A stretch of 64,000 nt of DNA from Chitinophaga pinensis (GTDB lineage: Bacteria; Bacteroidota; Bacteroidia; 2-12-FULL-35-15): assembly GCA_945879015.1 (NCBI GenBank), contig CAMCUO010000001.1, positions 42,659 through 106,658 on the forward strand, written 5' to 3'. The notes below the pieces were generated by a model that worked only from the letters and a program-made list of their open reading frames with translations, did no database searches and was not told the origin of the DNA. Position numbers and translations under genes: made by a program. This document shows positions 40,333-48,648 of this stretch, in pieces (the stretch's first letter is position 1; every line of letters starts with the position of its first letter).

Positions 40333-41970
40333 TTAAAAACGTGTGATATCACGCGGTATTTTTTTGAATTCAATATTGTTTAACAGCATGAATGGTTCGG
40401 GTAATAAGCAATTGTCAGCATAAATAATGTAACGCTCAGCTTTTGTTTTTACATTCTGAGCTAATGTTTTGTAATCAAGTGTTGTCAATTCATTTTTTTC
40501 ATAAATGAAGTAATAACCCGTATCATTATATAACCCTAAAAAGATATCATTTTTATTGCCAATAGAAGTTCGTGTTTCTGTAAACCAAATGTATTCTCTG
40601 ATTTTTTCTATTTCTACTTCTTCGTTTAAATTCTCTTCTTCATTAAATAGTGGTTGACCTAATGAATAAAAATCAAAACTGCCGCTAGTTCCTTCCTTAT
40701 CTGAATACCCATTTATTACCCGTTTCACTCTTTCTGCAGTTATGGTTCCTGCATAGTCTTCCATTTCTATTAAAATGAATTTACGATTGCCTCCATCTTG
40801 TTTGTTGAGATTCAGAACAGCATGGGCTGTTGTTCCACTGCCAGAAAAAGAATCAAGGATAATAGAGTTTTCATCACATAAAAAATTTATTAAGTATTGT
40901 ATTAATGAGTGTGGTTTTGGATAATCGAACACTTTATTGCCGAAAATTGAAAGCAATTCTCTTCCAGCATTTTCTGTTGTTTCAACACCATTGTCTAAGC
41001 TGATTAAGTTTGGAGGAACTTCATTGTTGTAATTTTCCTTTTTATAAGATAAAACAAGTGAAGACGAGCTAATATTCATTTTCGTATTATTTCCTATCTC
41101 CTCAATAAGTTTTTCTTGCACCCAAATAAATCTATTTTTAAAGCCAACTAAATTTTCATTTTTGTTGTCTTTTATTACTAAATCATTCAGTAATTCGTTA
41201 GGAAATTTTGCAGTGCCATAAATTCCTTTTTTAATAATCTTGTTATCAAGTTTTATATTTAATGTACCAGGAGGAAAATATAATTCTTTAATTGAGTTTT
41301 GAGGTTTAGTTAAGGGATCATCACTTTTGCTATCCTTTTTTATTCCAACAAATTTGTTAGAATTAACTCTTTTTGAATAACATAAAACATATTCCAGATT
41401 TTTTTTAATTTTATGTGATAGATTTGGTGGTGTGGCAGACTTAAGCCAATTGTAATATCCAATAAAATTATTCTCTCCGAATATTTCATCCATTATCAAT
41501 GTTAAATTCGCTACTTCATTATCATCAATCGAAATAAAAATTGCACCATCATCTGCCAATAATTTATGAAGTAATTTTAATCTGGGGTACATCATGCACA
41601 ACCATTTGTCGTGTCGGGTCAAATCATCAGTTCCAATCGTAGCTTCTTTCCCTTCGGTTTCTGCATTTAATGTTTTTTCTAGCCATTTTTTGATTTTTGG
41701 ATGGTTCACATTATCGTTGTAAACCCAGCCCTCATTTCCTGTATTGTAGGGTGGATCAATATAGATGCATTTTACTTTTCCTTCGTATTTAGGCAATAGT
41801 GATTTTAATGCTTCCAGATTATCTCCATGAATAATCATATTGCCACTTTCGGTAGGTGATTTTTGTTCTCCCTTTTCTGTAAATCCATATTTATGCTCAA
41901 GCACACGATAAGGTACATCAAGATGATGCTTGATGATTTTTTCCTTACCTATCCAATGAAGTGTGGGCAT
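40333..41970 (-). CDS. Type III R-M system N6-adenine DNA methyltransferase (Mod)
   Basis: The DPPY motif (IYIDPPYNTG) lies N-terminal of the FxGxG motif LDSFSGSGTT. The gene immediately precedes res on the same strand. Confidence 0.85.
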   Translation of the reverse strand: MPTLHWIGKEKIIKHHLDVPYRVLEHKYGFTEKGEQKSPTESGNMIIHGDNLEALKSLLPKYEGKVKCIYIDPPYNTGNEGWVYNDNVNHPKIKKWLEKTLNAETEGKEATIGTDDLTRHDKWLCMMYPRLKLLHKLLADDGAIFISIDDNEVANLTLIMDEIFGENNFIGYYNWLKSATPPNLSHKIKKNLEYVLCYSKRVNSNKFVGIKKDSKSDDPLTKPQNSIKELYFPPGTLNIKLDNKIIKKGIYGTAKFPNELLNDLVIKDNKNENLVGFKNRFIWVQEKLIEEIGNNTKMNISSSSLVLSYKKENYNNEVPPNLISLDNGVETTENAGRELLSIFGNKVFDYPKPHSLIQYLINFLCDENSIILDSFSGSGTTAHAVLNLNKQDGGNRKFILIEMEDYAGTITAERVKRVINGYSDKEGTSGSFDFYSLGQPLFNEEENLNEEVEIEKIREYIWFTETRTSIGNKNDIFLGLYNDTGYYFIYEKNELTTLDYKTLAQNVKTKAERYIIYADNCLLPEPFMLLNNIEFKKIPRDITRF

Positions 41971-41982
41971 ATTTGTTTTTAA

Positions 41983-42043
41983 GAATCAGATTTTGATTCT
42001 CAAATGTAATACATTTTGTATTAAAAATAAATACAAAATGTAT
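41983..42043. promoter_or_regulatory. Operator-like palindromes in the mod / HTH-gene divergent promoter region
   Basis: A 14 bp perfect inverted repeat atacattttgtatt (42009-42022) / aatacaaaatgtat (42030-43) has a 7 nt spacer. A second pair, gaatca-N5-tgattc, lies at 41983-41999. Confidence 0.45.
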
Positions 42044-42098
42044 GTCAATGATATACATGGCTTTAGCCATATAAAAACTAAAACAATGACTTTTGTGT

Positions 42099-42491
42099 AT
42101 GGCTAAAGTGCATATAGGCAAAAAGATCAAGGAGGTATTAGTGGAATCTAAATTCTCGGTAATAGAATTTGCTGAGAAAATCAGCAGAACACGCGATGTG
42201 GTGTATAAGATTTTTGCAAAGGAGAATATCGATACAGGTTTACTTCAGAAAATAAGCCAAGTCCTTGAACACGATTTTTTCAGTTATTACAGCCATGAAC
42301 TTCCAATAGTAAAAGAGCCTGGAAAAGTTGGGTATACTAAAAAGACAGATTTGATTAGTTCCATGGGAGAAGATATGAAAGCAATGAAGAAAAAGTTGGC
42401 GGAATGGGAAGAGAAATATGAAACACTTCAGAAGTTAAGTAGGCTGCAAGAAGAGAAGTTGGGGAAATTGGAGAAGAAAGGGAAGAAGTAG
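42099..42491 (+). CDS. XRE-type HTH transcriptional regulator with a C-terminal coiled coil (candidate R-M controller)
   Basis: The HTH segment is SVIEFAEKISRTRDVVYKIF. The start is taken at the ATG at 42099 (MAKVHIGKK...), whereas the ORF-track start at 42093 is a TTG. Confidence 0.5.
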   Translation: MAKVHIGKKIKEVLVESKFSVIEFAEKISRTRDVVYKIFAKENIDTGLLQKISQVLEHDFFSYYSHELPIVKEPGKVGYTKKTDLISSMGEDMKAMKKKLAEWEEKYETLQKLSRLQEEKLGKLEKKGKK

Positions 42492-42502
42492 GTTATGGCA
42501 TT

Positions 42503-42535
42503 AACTTTTCCAAAGTGTTAAACTTTGGAAAAGTT
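42503..42535. repeat. REP palindrome B1
   Basis: The sequence is aacttttccaaagtgttaaactttggaaaagtt. Confidence 0.75.
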
Positions 42536-42578
42536 TGTTCTAATAGTACTTTTCTTTAACGAATGCCTTTGTTGGGTT

Positions 42579-42610
42579 AGCTTTTCCAAAGTTTCAAACT
42601 TTGGAAAAGC
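42579..42610. repeat. REP palindrome B2
   Basis: The sequence is agcttttccaaagtttcaaactttggaaaagc. Confidence 0.75.
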
Positions 42611-42625
42611 TCTTTTATCTCGCAT

Positions 42626-43228
42626 TTACCAAGGTTCTATACCGGTTTGTTTTGGCGGGTGCAAATGAACATATTCAAAATTCTCTTTATCGCTAAATAG
42701 ATCTATTAACTCTTCTCTAAGCAATTGTGTTGGTTTGTCAGAAATCAAACTCTTATATGATGAGTTTTCCCAATCGATGGGCTTTTTAGCAAGTCCGGCT
42801 TCAACTGGATTGTAGTGAATATAATGGACAACTTTCAAAAGATATCTCATATCCGTAATTTTTTTACGTTTGAAATTCTTCATGAAAAGACTGCCTTTTC
42901 TTTTCTGTTGCTTATTAAATGCTTGAGTATAAGAACTGAAAAAATTTGAAAACTGTTTGCTCAGAATAGGACCGAATTCTTTGTCAGTATCGAAATTGTG
43001 GAAAGCTTTTTTTAATTCTTTTTCACTTTTAATGCGAATCAAGAAGTGGAAATGATTTGGGAGTAAGCAGTAGCAATAAGTATCTGCAATAGGATGGATG
43101 TATAATTTGTATTTTTCTAAAAAGAATCTGTAATTTTCCTGAGATAAAAAGATTGTTTCTTCTCCGTTTGCTCTATTGTATAAGTGATAAGTTTCATTTG
43201 GTGCGAGCAAAGACGCATAATCATTCAT
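42626..43228 (-). CDS. REP-associated tyrosine transposase (RAYT; Y1 HUH transposase of the IS200/IS605 superfamily)
   Basis: The HUH motif LLPNHFHFLI and the catalytic Tyr region YIHYNPVEAGL are present. The start is taken at M36 (MNDYASLL...), because the first 35 codons of the ORF-track ORF are simply a translation of REP C1. The gene is flanked by REP doublets. Confidence 0.8.
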   Translation of the reverse strand: MNDYASLLAPNETYHLYNRANGEETIFLSQENYRFFLEKYKLYIHPIADTYCYCLLPNHFHFLIRIKSEKELKKAFHNFDTDKEFGPILSKQFSNFFSSYTQAFNKQQKRKGSLFMKNFKRKKITDMRYLLKVVHYIHYNPVEAGLAKKPIDWENSSYKSLISDKPTQLLREELIDLFSDKENFEYVHLHPPKQTGIEPW

Positions 43229-43259
43229 AAAAGGTTTTAGTTTAAGATTTTGGTGAATT

Positions 43260-43291
43260 AGCTTTTCCAAAGTTCCAAACTTTGGAAAAGC
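43260..43291. repeat. REP palindrome C1
   Basis: The sequence is agcttttccaaagttccaaactttggaaaagc. Confidence 0.75.
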
Positions 43292-43336
43292 TGTTCTAAT
43301 GATAATTTTATTTAACGAATTGTTTTCTGTCATATT

Positions 43337-43368
43337 AGCTTTTCCATAGTTCTAAGCTTTGGAAAAAC
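43337..43368. repeat. REP palindrome C2 (degenerate)
   Basis: The sequence is agcttttccatagttctaagctttggaaaaac. Confidence 0.7.
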
Positions 43369-43373
43369 TGTTC

Positions 43374-43405
43374 TAAAAAAAAGCCGATACATTTCTGTAT
43401 CGGCT
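43374..43405 (-). terminator. Rho-independent terminator downstream of the tRNA
   Basis: A 10 bp stem agccgataca/tgtatcggct is followed by a T8 run on the minus strand. Confidence 0.75.
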
Positions 43406-43409
43406 GTAG

Positions 43410-43482
<73 letters not shown>

Positions 43483-43601
43483 ATATATCTTGGTTATAAT
43501 AGTCTTTATAGACGAAAAGCCTTCTCTGGGCTTTTTAAATTGCGGTGCAAAGATATATTTTGTTTCTTTGTACTCCAAATATCTTATTAACATTTTTTGA
43601 A

Positions 43602-44483
43602 ATGGCTCATAAATCTGGGTTTGTAAACATTATTGGCTCTCCAAACGTTGGTAAATCAACACTTATGAACGTTTTGGTGGGTGAACGTCTTTCTATCATT
43701 ACATCTAAAGCGCAGACGACTCGTCATCGAATTATGGGCATTGTGAATGGCGAGGATTTTCAAATTGTTTATTCAGATACTCCAGGAGTTTTAAAGCCAA
43801 ATTACAAGCTTCAGGAATCGATGATGGAATTTGTAAATACTGCTTTACAAGATGCAGACATTATTTTGTTTGTTACTGATATTTATGAAGACATTAAGAT
43901 AGAAGAAAAAGTACTCGAGAAAATTAAAAATACAAGTGCACACGTTCTCTTATTGGTAAATAAAATAGATCTTTCTTCACAGGATAAATTAGAAGAAAAA
44001 GTACAGTATTGGAAAAATGAAGTTCCTAAAGCAGAAGTAATTCCTGTATCTGCCTTAGAAAAATTTAATGTGACGTATGTGTTTGACCGAATTCTTGCTT
44101 TGCTTCCGGAAAGTCCAGGTTTTTATGATAAAGACCAATTAACGGATAAGCCAGAACGATTTTTTGTTTCTGAAATAATAAGGGAGAAAATTTTAACAAA
44201 CTATAAAAAAGAAATTCCTTATTCAGTTGAAGTAGTTGTAGAAGCATTTAAGAACGAAGAGAAGATAATTAAGATTCGTGCGGAAATAATGGTTGTGCGT
44301 GATTCGCAAAAGGGAATTATTATTGGACATCAAGGGAAAGCATTAAAAAAAGTTGGCACAGAAGCACGTAAAGACATGGAGGAGTTTTTTCAAAAGCAAG
44401 TGTTCCTTGAATTGTTTGTAAAAGTGAATAAAGATTGGCGTGACAGTGATACTCAGTTAAAACGATTTGGATATAGCGGTTAA
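43602..44483 (+). CDS. era: GTPase Era
   Basis: The G1 motif GSPNVGKSTL, the G3 motif DTPG and the G4 motif NKID are followed by a C-terminal KH domain. Confidence 0.95.
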   Translation: MAHKSGFVNIIGSPNVGKSTLMNVLVGERLSIITSKAQTTRHRIMGIVNGEDFQIVYSDTPGVLKPNYKLQESMMEFVNTALQDADIILFVTDIYEDIKIEEKVLEKIKNTSAHVLLLVNKIDLSSQDKLEEKVQYWKNEVPKAEVIPVSALEKFNVTYVFDRILALLPESPGFYDKDQLTDKPERFFVSEIIREKILTNYKKEIPYSVEVVVEAFKNEEKIIKIRAEIMVVRDSQKGIIIGHQGKALKKVGTEARKDMEEFFQKQVFLELFVKVNKDWRDSDTQLKRFGYSG

Positions 44484-44599
44484 TTCTCAATACAGTGCTG
44501 TGTTTTACGTATGATTTCCTTCTAAAGATTCTTCTAAAGTGCATTAGAACAGATTATTATGACTACCTTTGCACCCTTAAATAAAATAAAAACAGCCTA

Positions 44600-45904
44600 A
44601 TGGCAAACATAGTAGCAATAGTAGGTCGTCCAAATGTAGGAAAATCAACCATTTTCAACCGTTTAACAGACAGTAGAAAAGCAATTGTTGATTCCGAATC
44701 GGGAGTAACACGCGACAGACATTACGGTAAATCGGAGTGGAATGGAGTGGAGTTTTCTGTAATTGATACAGGCGGCTACGTAAAGGGTTCAGAAGATGTA
44801 TTTGAAGGCGAAATTCGTAAACAAGTGCAATTGGCAATTGATGAAGCGAATGTAATTTTGTTAGTTTTGGATGTTGCTGAGGGAATAACAGATGATGACA
44901 AAGTTGTTGCAAATATCCTCAGAAAAGGCAAAAAGAAAGTATTCGTTGTAGCTAATAAAGTTGATAATTCCGTTCGTCAAGGTTTAGCAGGAGAGTTTTA
45001 TGCTTTGGGATTGGGAGAGGTACATAATATTTCTGCAATAAGTGGAAGTGGTACTGGTGATTTGTTGGATGAAGTAGTTAAGGTATTTGATAAAGATGCT
45101 GTTGAAGAAGAATTAGACATTCCAAAATTTGCAATTGTTGGTCGACCCAACGTTGGTAAATCTTCTATGATAAATGCACTTTTAGGAAAAGAAAGAAACA
45201 TTGTTACTCCAATTGCAGGAACCACTCGCGATTCTATCAATACACGTTACACGGCTTTCGGTCACGATTTTTTATTGATCGATACAGCTGGAATTCGTAA
45301 AAAATCAAAGGTAGAAGAGGATTTAGAATTTTATTCGGTGATGCGTTCTATTCGTGCCATTGAAGATTGTGATGTGTGTTTACTATTAATTGATGCAACA
45401 TTAGGTTTAGAAGCTCAGGATATAAATATTTTTCGACTAGCAGAAAATAATCGTAAAGGAATTGTTGTTGTTGTAAATAAATGGGATTTGGTTGAAAAAA
45501 CTACCAATTCAACTAAAGAATACGAAGAAAAAATTCGTGAAAAACTTGCACCATACAACGATGTTCCAATTGTTTTTACATCTGCTCTCACAAAACAACG
45601 TGTCTTAAAAGCGATAGAGATTGCTGAAAAAGTAAATATAAATCGGACAAAGTCAATTAAAACTCGTGAGCTCAATGATGTTATGTTGCCAATTATTGAA
45701 CACTCTCCACCAGCCGCTATTAAAGGAAAGTACGTGAAAGTTAAATTTATCAATCAATTGCCAACTCACGCACCAACATTTGCTTTTTATTGCAATCTTC
45801 CACAATATGTTACCGAATCATACATTCGCTTCTTAGAAAATAGATTGAGAGAAAATTTTGATTTCTGTGGTGTTCCTATTCAAATTTTTATGAGAAAGAA
45901 ATAA
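44600..45904 (+). CDS. der: Ribosome-biogenesis GTPase Der (EngA)
   Basis: Two tandem GTPase domains (GRPNVGKST twice) are followed by a KH-like C-terminus. Confidence 0.95.
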   Translation: MANIVAIVGRPNVGKSTIFNRLTDSRKAIVDSESGVTRDRHYGKSEWNGVEFSVIDTGGYVKGSEDVFEGEIRKQVQLAIDEANVILLVLDVAEGITDDDKVVANILRKGKKKVFVVANKVDNSVRQGLAGEFYALGLGEVHNISAISGSGTGDLLDEVVKVFDKDAVEEELDIPKFAIVGRPNVGKSSMINALLGKERNIVTPIAGTTRDSINTRYTAFGHDFLLIDTAGIRKKSKVEEDLEFYSVMRSIRAIEDCDVCLLLIDATLGLEAQDINIFRLAENNRKGIVVVVNKWDLVEKTTNSTKEYEEKIREKLAPYNDVPIVFTSALTKQRVLKAIEIAEKVNINRTKSIKTRELNDVMLPIIEHSPPAAIKGKYVKVKFINQLPTHAPTFAFYCNLPQYVTESYIRFLENRLRENFDFCGVPIQIFMRKK

Positions 45905-45963
45905 TCCCCCTTGCCCTCCTTCGATAGTGTCTGCTTCAACGCAGAATGCTTTGGACAAACTCT

Positions 45964-46605
45964 TTACAAAGGCGGAATTGAATCTGCTGAAATCGTTTTT
46001 TTCTTTTTGAAATCCAAATCTATTCGAAATTCAAAATTTATTACGTGCCTATATTTTCCATCGGTTTCAAATGAAGCTAATGTAGGACGATACATTCCAG
46101 CAACAGAATAGTATTTATTAAAGCGATATTCTACTCCAATTGAGAGTCCTAAAGTTTGATCAGACTTTTTGTAACTAGCCACACTGTTAATAGTACTTGT
46201 TATTCTGAAATTATAATTGATAATATTCCCTCCTCCAACAAAATTTACATTTTCATAGATGGGTTTGTGAAAAAGAATTTCAAAGTAAGTGCAACCTATA
46301 CTTGTTTTAAAATCTTTTTTCGAAAAATTAATTGCAGCAATAGGTGAAGACAAATCATCTGTCACGCTAAAATTAACGGAAATTTTATTTAATTTGTTTT
46401 TGTAATATCCAGAAAATCCTAAGCCGGAAAATCCAAATGTTTTTTTGCTTTGATTTTTGTAATAATCTACATAATTATAATAATTCACCCAAGGAAAAGA
46501 AAAGGTTATTCCGTAATTAGAATTGCTTGTTGAACCTTCTGTTTGCGAATGAATAGGCAAAAGAAAGCAAAAAATAAAAAATGTAGAAATAAGCAGCTTC
46601 TTCAA
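45964..46605 (-). CDS. Hypothetical secreted protein (213 aa)
   Basis: The signal peptide MKKLLISTFFIFCFLLPIHSQ is present. No family was recognised. Confidence 0.45.
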   Translation of the reverse strand: MKKLLISTFFIFCFLLPIHSQTEGSTSNSNYGITFSFPWVNYYNYVDYYKNQSKKTFGFSGLGFSGYYKNKLNKISVNFSVTDDLSSPIAAINFSKKDFKTSIGCTYFEILFHKPIYENVNFVGGGNIINYNFRITSTINSVASYKKSDQTLGLSIGVEYRFNKYYSVAGMYRPTLASFETDGKYRHVINFEFRIDLDFKKKKTISADSIPPL

Positions 46606-46624
46606 TGTGTGCTATTAAATTAAA

Positions 46625-46660
46625 ACGCCTCATTCTTAACTAATAGAATGAGGCGTTATT
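46625..46660 (-). terminator. Terminator downstream of metK
   Basis: A perfect 12 bp stem aacgcctcattc/gaatgaggcgtt is followed by a T-rich tract on the minus strand. Confidence 0.7.
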
Positions 46661-46675
46661 GTATGAATTAGAAAA

Positions 46676-47929
46676 TTATTTCAATTTAAATGCTGCTTTT
46701 ACTTTTGCAACATAATCCAATTTTTCCCATGTAAACAATTCTACTTTCATTATTTTTGTTTTTCCATCAGGAGATTTAAACGTTTTAGTAATTGTTTCGT
46801 TTTTTCTTCCCATGTGTCCGTATGCAGCAGTTTCGCTATACATTGGAGTGCGTAATTTAAAACGTTGTTCAATAAAGTAAGGGCGCATATCAAAAACGCT
46901 TTCAACTATTTTAGCAATTTGTCCATCTGTCATTTTTACTTTTGCTGTTCTATAAGTATCAATAAAAATACCCATTGGCTGAGCAACACCAATTGCGTAG
47001 GAAACCTGCACCAAAACTTCGGAACAAACTCCTGCTGCAACCAGATTTTTTGCAATATGACGAGTTGCATAAGCTGCAGATCTGTCCACTTTTGATGGAT
47101 CTTTACCTGAAAACGCGCCACCACCATGAGCTCCTTTTCCACCATAAGTGTCAACAATAATCTTGCGACCAGTTAATCCTGTATCTCCGTGCGGACCACC
47201 AATTACAAATTTACCAGTTGGGTTAATGTGGTAATTGATTTTGTTGTTAAACAAATGAGCGTATTTAGGATACTTCTTTTTTACTCTTGGAATTAAAATA
47301 TCGATAATGTCTTTTTTAATTTTTGCAAGCATTTTAGCTTCAGCATCAAAATCATCATGTTGAGTTGATACAACAATAGCATCAATACGAACAGGAACGT
47401 TATTGTCGTTATACTCTAATGTTACCTGAGATTTTGCATCTGGACGTAAATATTTTATCTCTTTATTTTCTCTGCGCAATGCAGCTAATTCTATTAAAAT
47501 ACCATGCGCTAAATCCAAAGCCAAAGGCATATAATTAGCCGTTTCGTTTGTTGCGTAACCAAACATCATTCCTTGGTCACCAGCACCTTGCTCTTCTTTT
47601 TTCTTTTTGTCAACACCTTGATTAATATCTGCAGATTGCTCATGAATGGCAGATAAAATTCCACATGAGTTTGCTTCGAACATGTATTCGCTTTTTGTAT
47701 AACCAATTTTACGAATTACTTCGCGCGCAATTTCTTGAACATCTAAATATGCTTTTGATTTTACTTCACCTGCAAGTATAACTTGTCCTGTTGTAACAAG
47801 TGTTTCACAAGCAACTTTTGATTGAGGATCAAAAGCCAAAAAATTATCAATTAATGCATCAGAAATTTGATCTGCTACTTTGTCTGGATGTCCTTCCGAA
47901 ACCGATTCGGATGTAAATAAATATCCCAT
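46676..47929 (-). CDS. metK: S-adenosylmethionine synthetase
   Basis: [33 protein letters not shown] and [19 protein letters not shown] are present. Confidence 0.97.
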   Translation of the reverse strand: MGYLFTSESVSEGHPDKVADQISDALIDNFLAFDPQSKVACETLVTTGQVILAGEVKSKAYLDVQEIAREVIRKIGYTKSEYMFEANSCGILSAIHEQSADINQGVDKKKKEEQGAGDQGMMFGYATNETANYMPLALDLAHGILIELAALRRENKEIKYLRPDAKSQVTLEYNDNNVPVRIDAIVVSTQHDDFDAEAKMLAKIKKDIIDILIPRVKKKYPKYAHLFNNKINYHINPTGKFVIGGPHGDTGLTGRKIIVDTYGGKGAHGGGAFSGKDPSKVDRSAAYATRHIAKNLVAAGVCSEVLVQVSYAIGVAQPMGIFIDTYRTAKVKMTDGQIAKIVESVFDMRPYFIEQRFKLRTPMYSETAAYGHMGRKNETITKTFKSPDGKTKIMKVELFTWEKLDYVAKVKAAFKLK

Positions 47930-48049
47930 TTATAAAATTGTTTGTTTTAAGATTAGTTTAGATTTTTTAACGAGTGCTAAAGTACAATTTATTAAGTAAT
48001 TGAGAAAGAAAAATTATTTCACGAAGAGGGTTCTTTTTTCGGAGGGTAT

Positions 48050-48071
48050 CCCCCTCTCCGAGGGGGCAGGG
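48050..48071. repeat. Left 22 bp GC-rich inverted repeat flanking the DUF559 gene
   Basis: The sequence ccccctctccgagggggcaggg is the exact reverse complement of 48581-48602 and is itself hairpin-forming. Confidence 0.8.
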
Positions 48072-48105
48072 GGAGGATAATGCTATAATGGAAAGAGTAT
48101 TATGA

Positions 48106-48564
48106 TTATTTTTCTATAGTTGAATTGAGCGAATAGGTTTTCCGTTTCAAACAAATAGGAGGTTCTGTTATTCCTAACTCCGTTTCTCGTTCTTCAATTG
48201 TTATTTCTAAACACCTTATTACATTCTGAATATCTTTTAATACTTCATGATCTAGAAATCGAATGACTTTAAACCCATTGTTTTCAAGGATTTGCTGGCG
48301 TTTTACATCTTTATGATAAGCTTCTTCATTGTAATGCGATATCCCATCTACTTCAATAATTAGAAGAAGTTGCTTACACATAAAATCTGCAATGTAATTT
48401 AATACTGGGCGCTGTGGATTGAAAGTGCAGCCTTTCATTGTTCTGGCTTTAAGAGCATATTTCCAAAGACAGACTTCTGCTTTGGTCATCGTTTTTCTCA
48501 GGTCAGAAGCTCTTGGCCTTAGAACTTTATTGTATGAATATTGGTTTGATTTGCTTGCTGGCAT
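48106..48564 (-). CDS. DUF559 endonuclease-domain protein (Vsr / PD-(D/E)xK-like)
   Basis: LRKTMTKAEVCLWKYAL..., NYIADFMCKQLLLIIEVDG and FKVIRFLDHEV match the DUF559 pattern. Confidence 0.75.
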   Translation of the reverse strand: MPASKSNQYSYNKVLRPRASDLRKTMTKAEVCLWKYALKARTMKGCTFNPQRPVLNYIADFMCKQLLLIIEVDGISHYNEEAYHKDVKRQQILENNGFKVIRFLDHEVLKDIQNVIRCLEITIEERETELGITEPPICLKRKTYSLNSTIEK

Positions 48565-48580
48565 ATTCTCCGTATTCTGC

Positions 48581-48602
48581 CCCTGCCCCCTCGGAGAGGG
48601 GG
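48581..48602. repeat. Right 22 bp GC-rich inverted repeat flanking the DUF559 gene
   Basis: The sequence is ccctgccccctcggagaggggg. Confidence 0.8.
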
Positions 48603-48648
48603 ATATGCTTCGTAAAATTAATTTAATAATAAATGTTTATTCTTTTAC

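Noticed and set aside
41399-41406. A8/T8 homopolymer inside the Type III mod coding sequence, a possible phase-variation tract
   Set aside because: Eight nucleotides is shorter than the tracts that typically drive slipped-strand switching in phasevarions. Without read-level heterogeneity it is just an AT-rich codon run.
47930-48049. A SAM riboswitch upstream of metK and a CIRCE half-site (TTAGCACTC on the minus strand near 47975-47983)
   Set aside because: No recognisable SAM-I or SAM-II core or pseudoknot could be matched by eye. Only one CIRCE half is present and there is no partner GAGTGCTAA at N9 spacing, and no CIRCE upstream of groES either.
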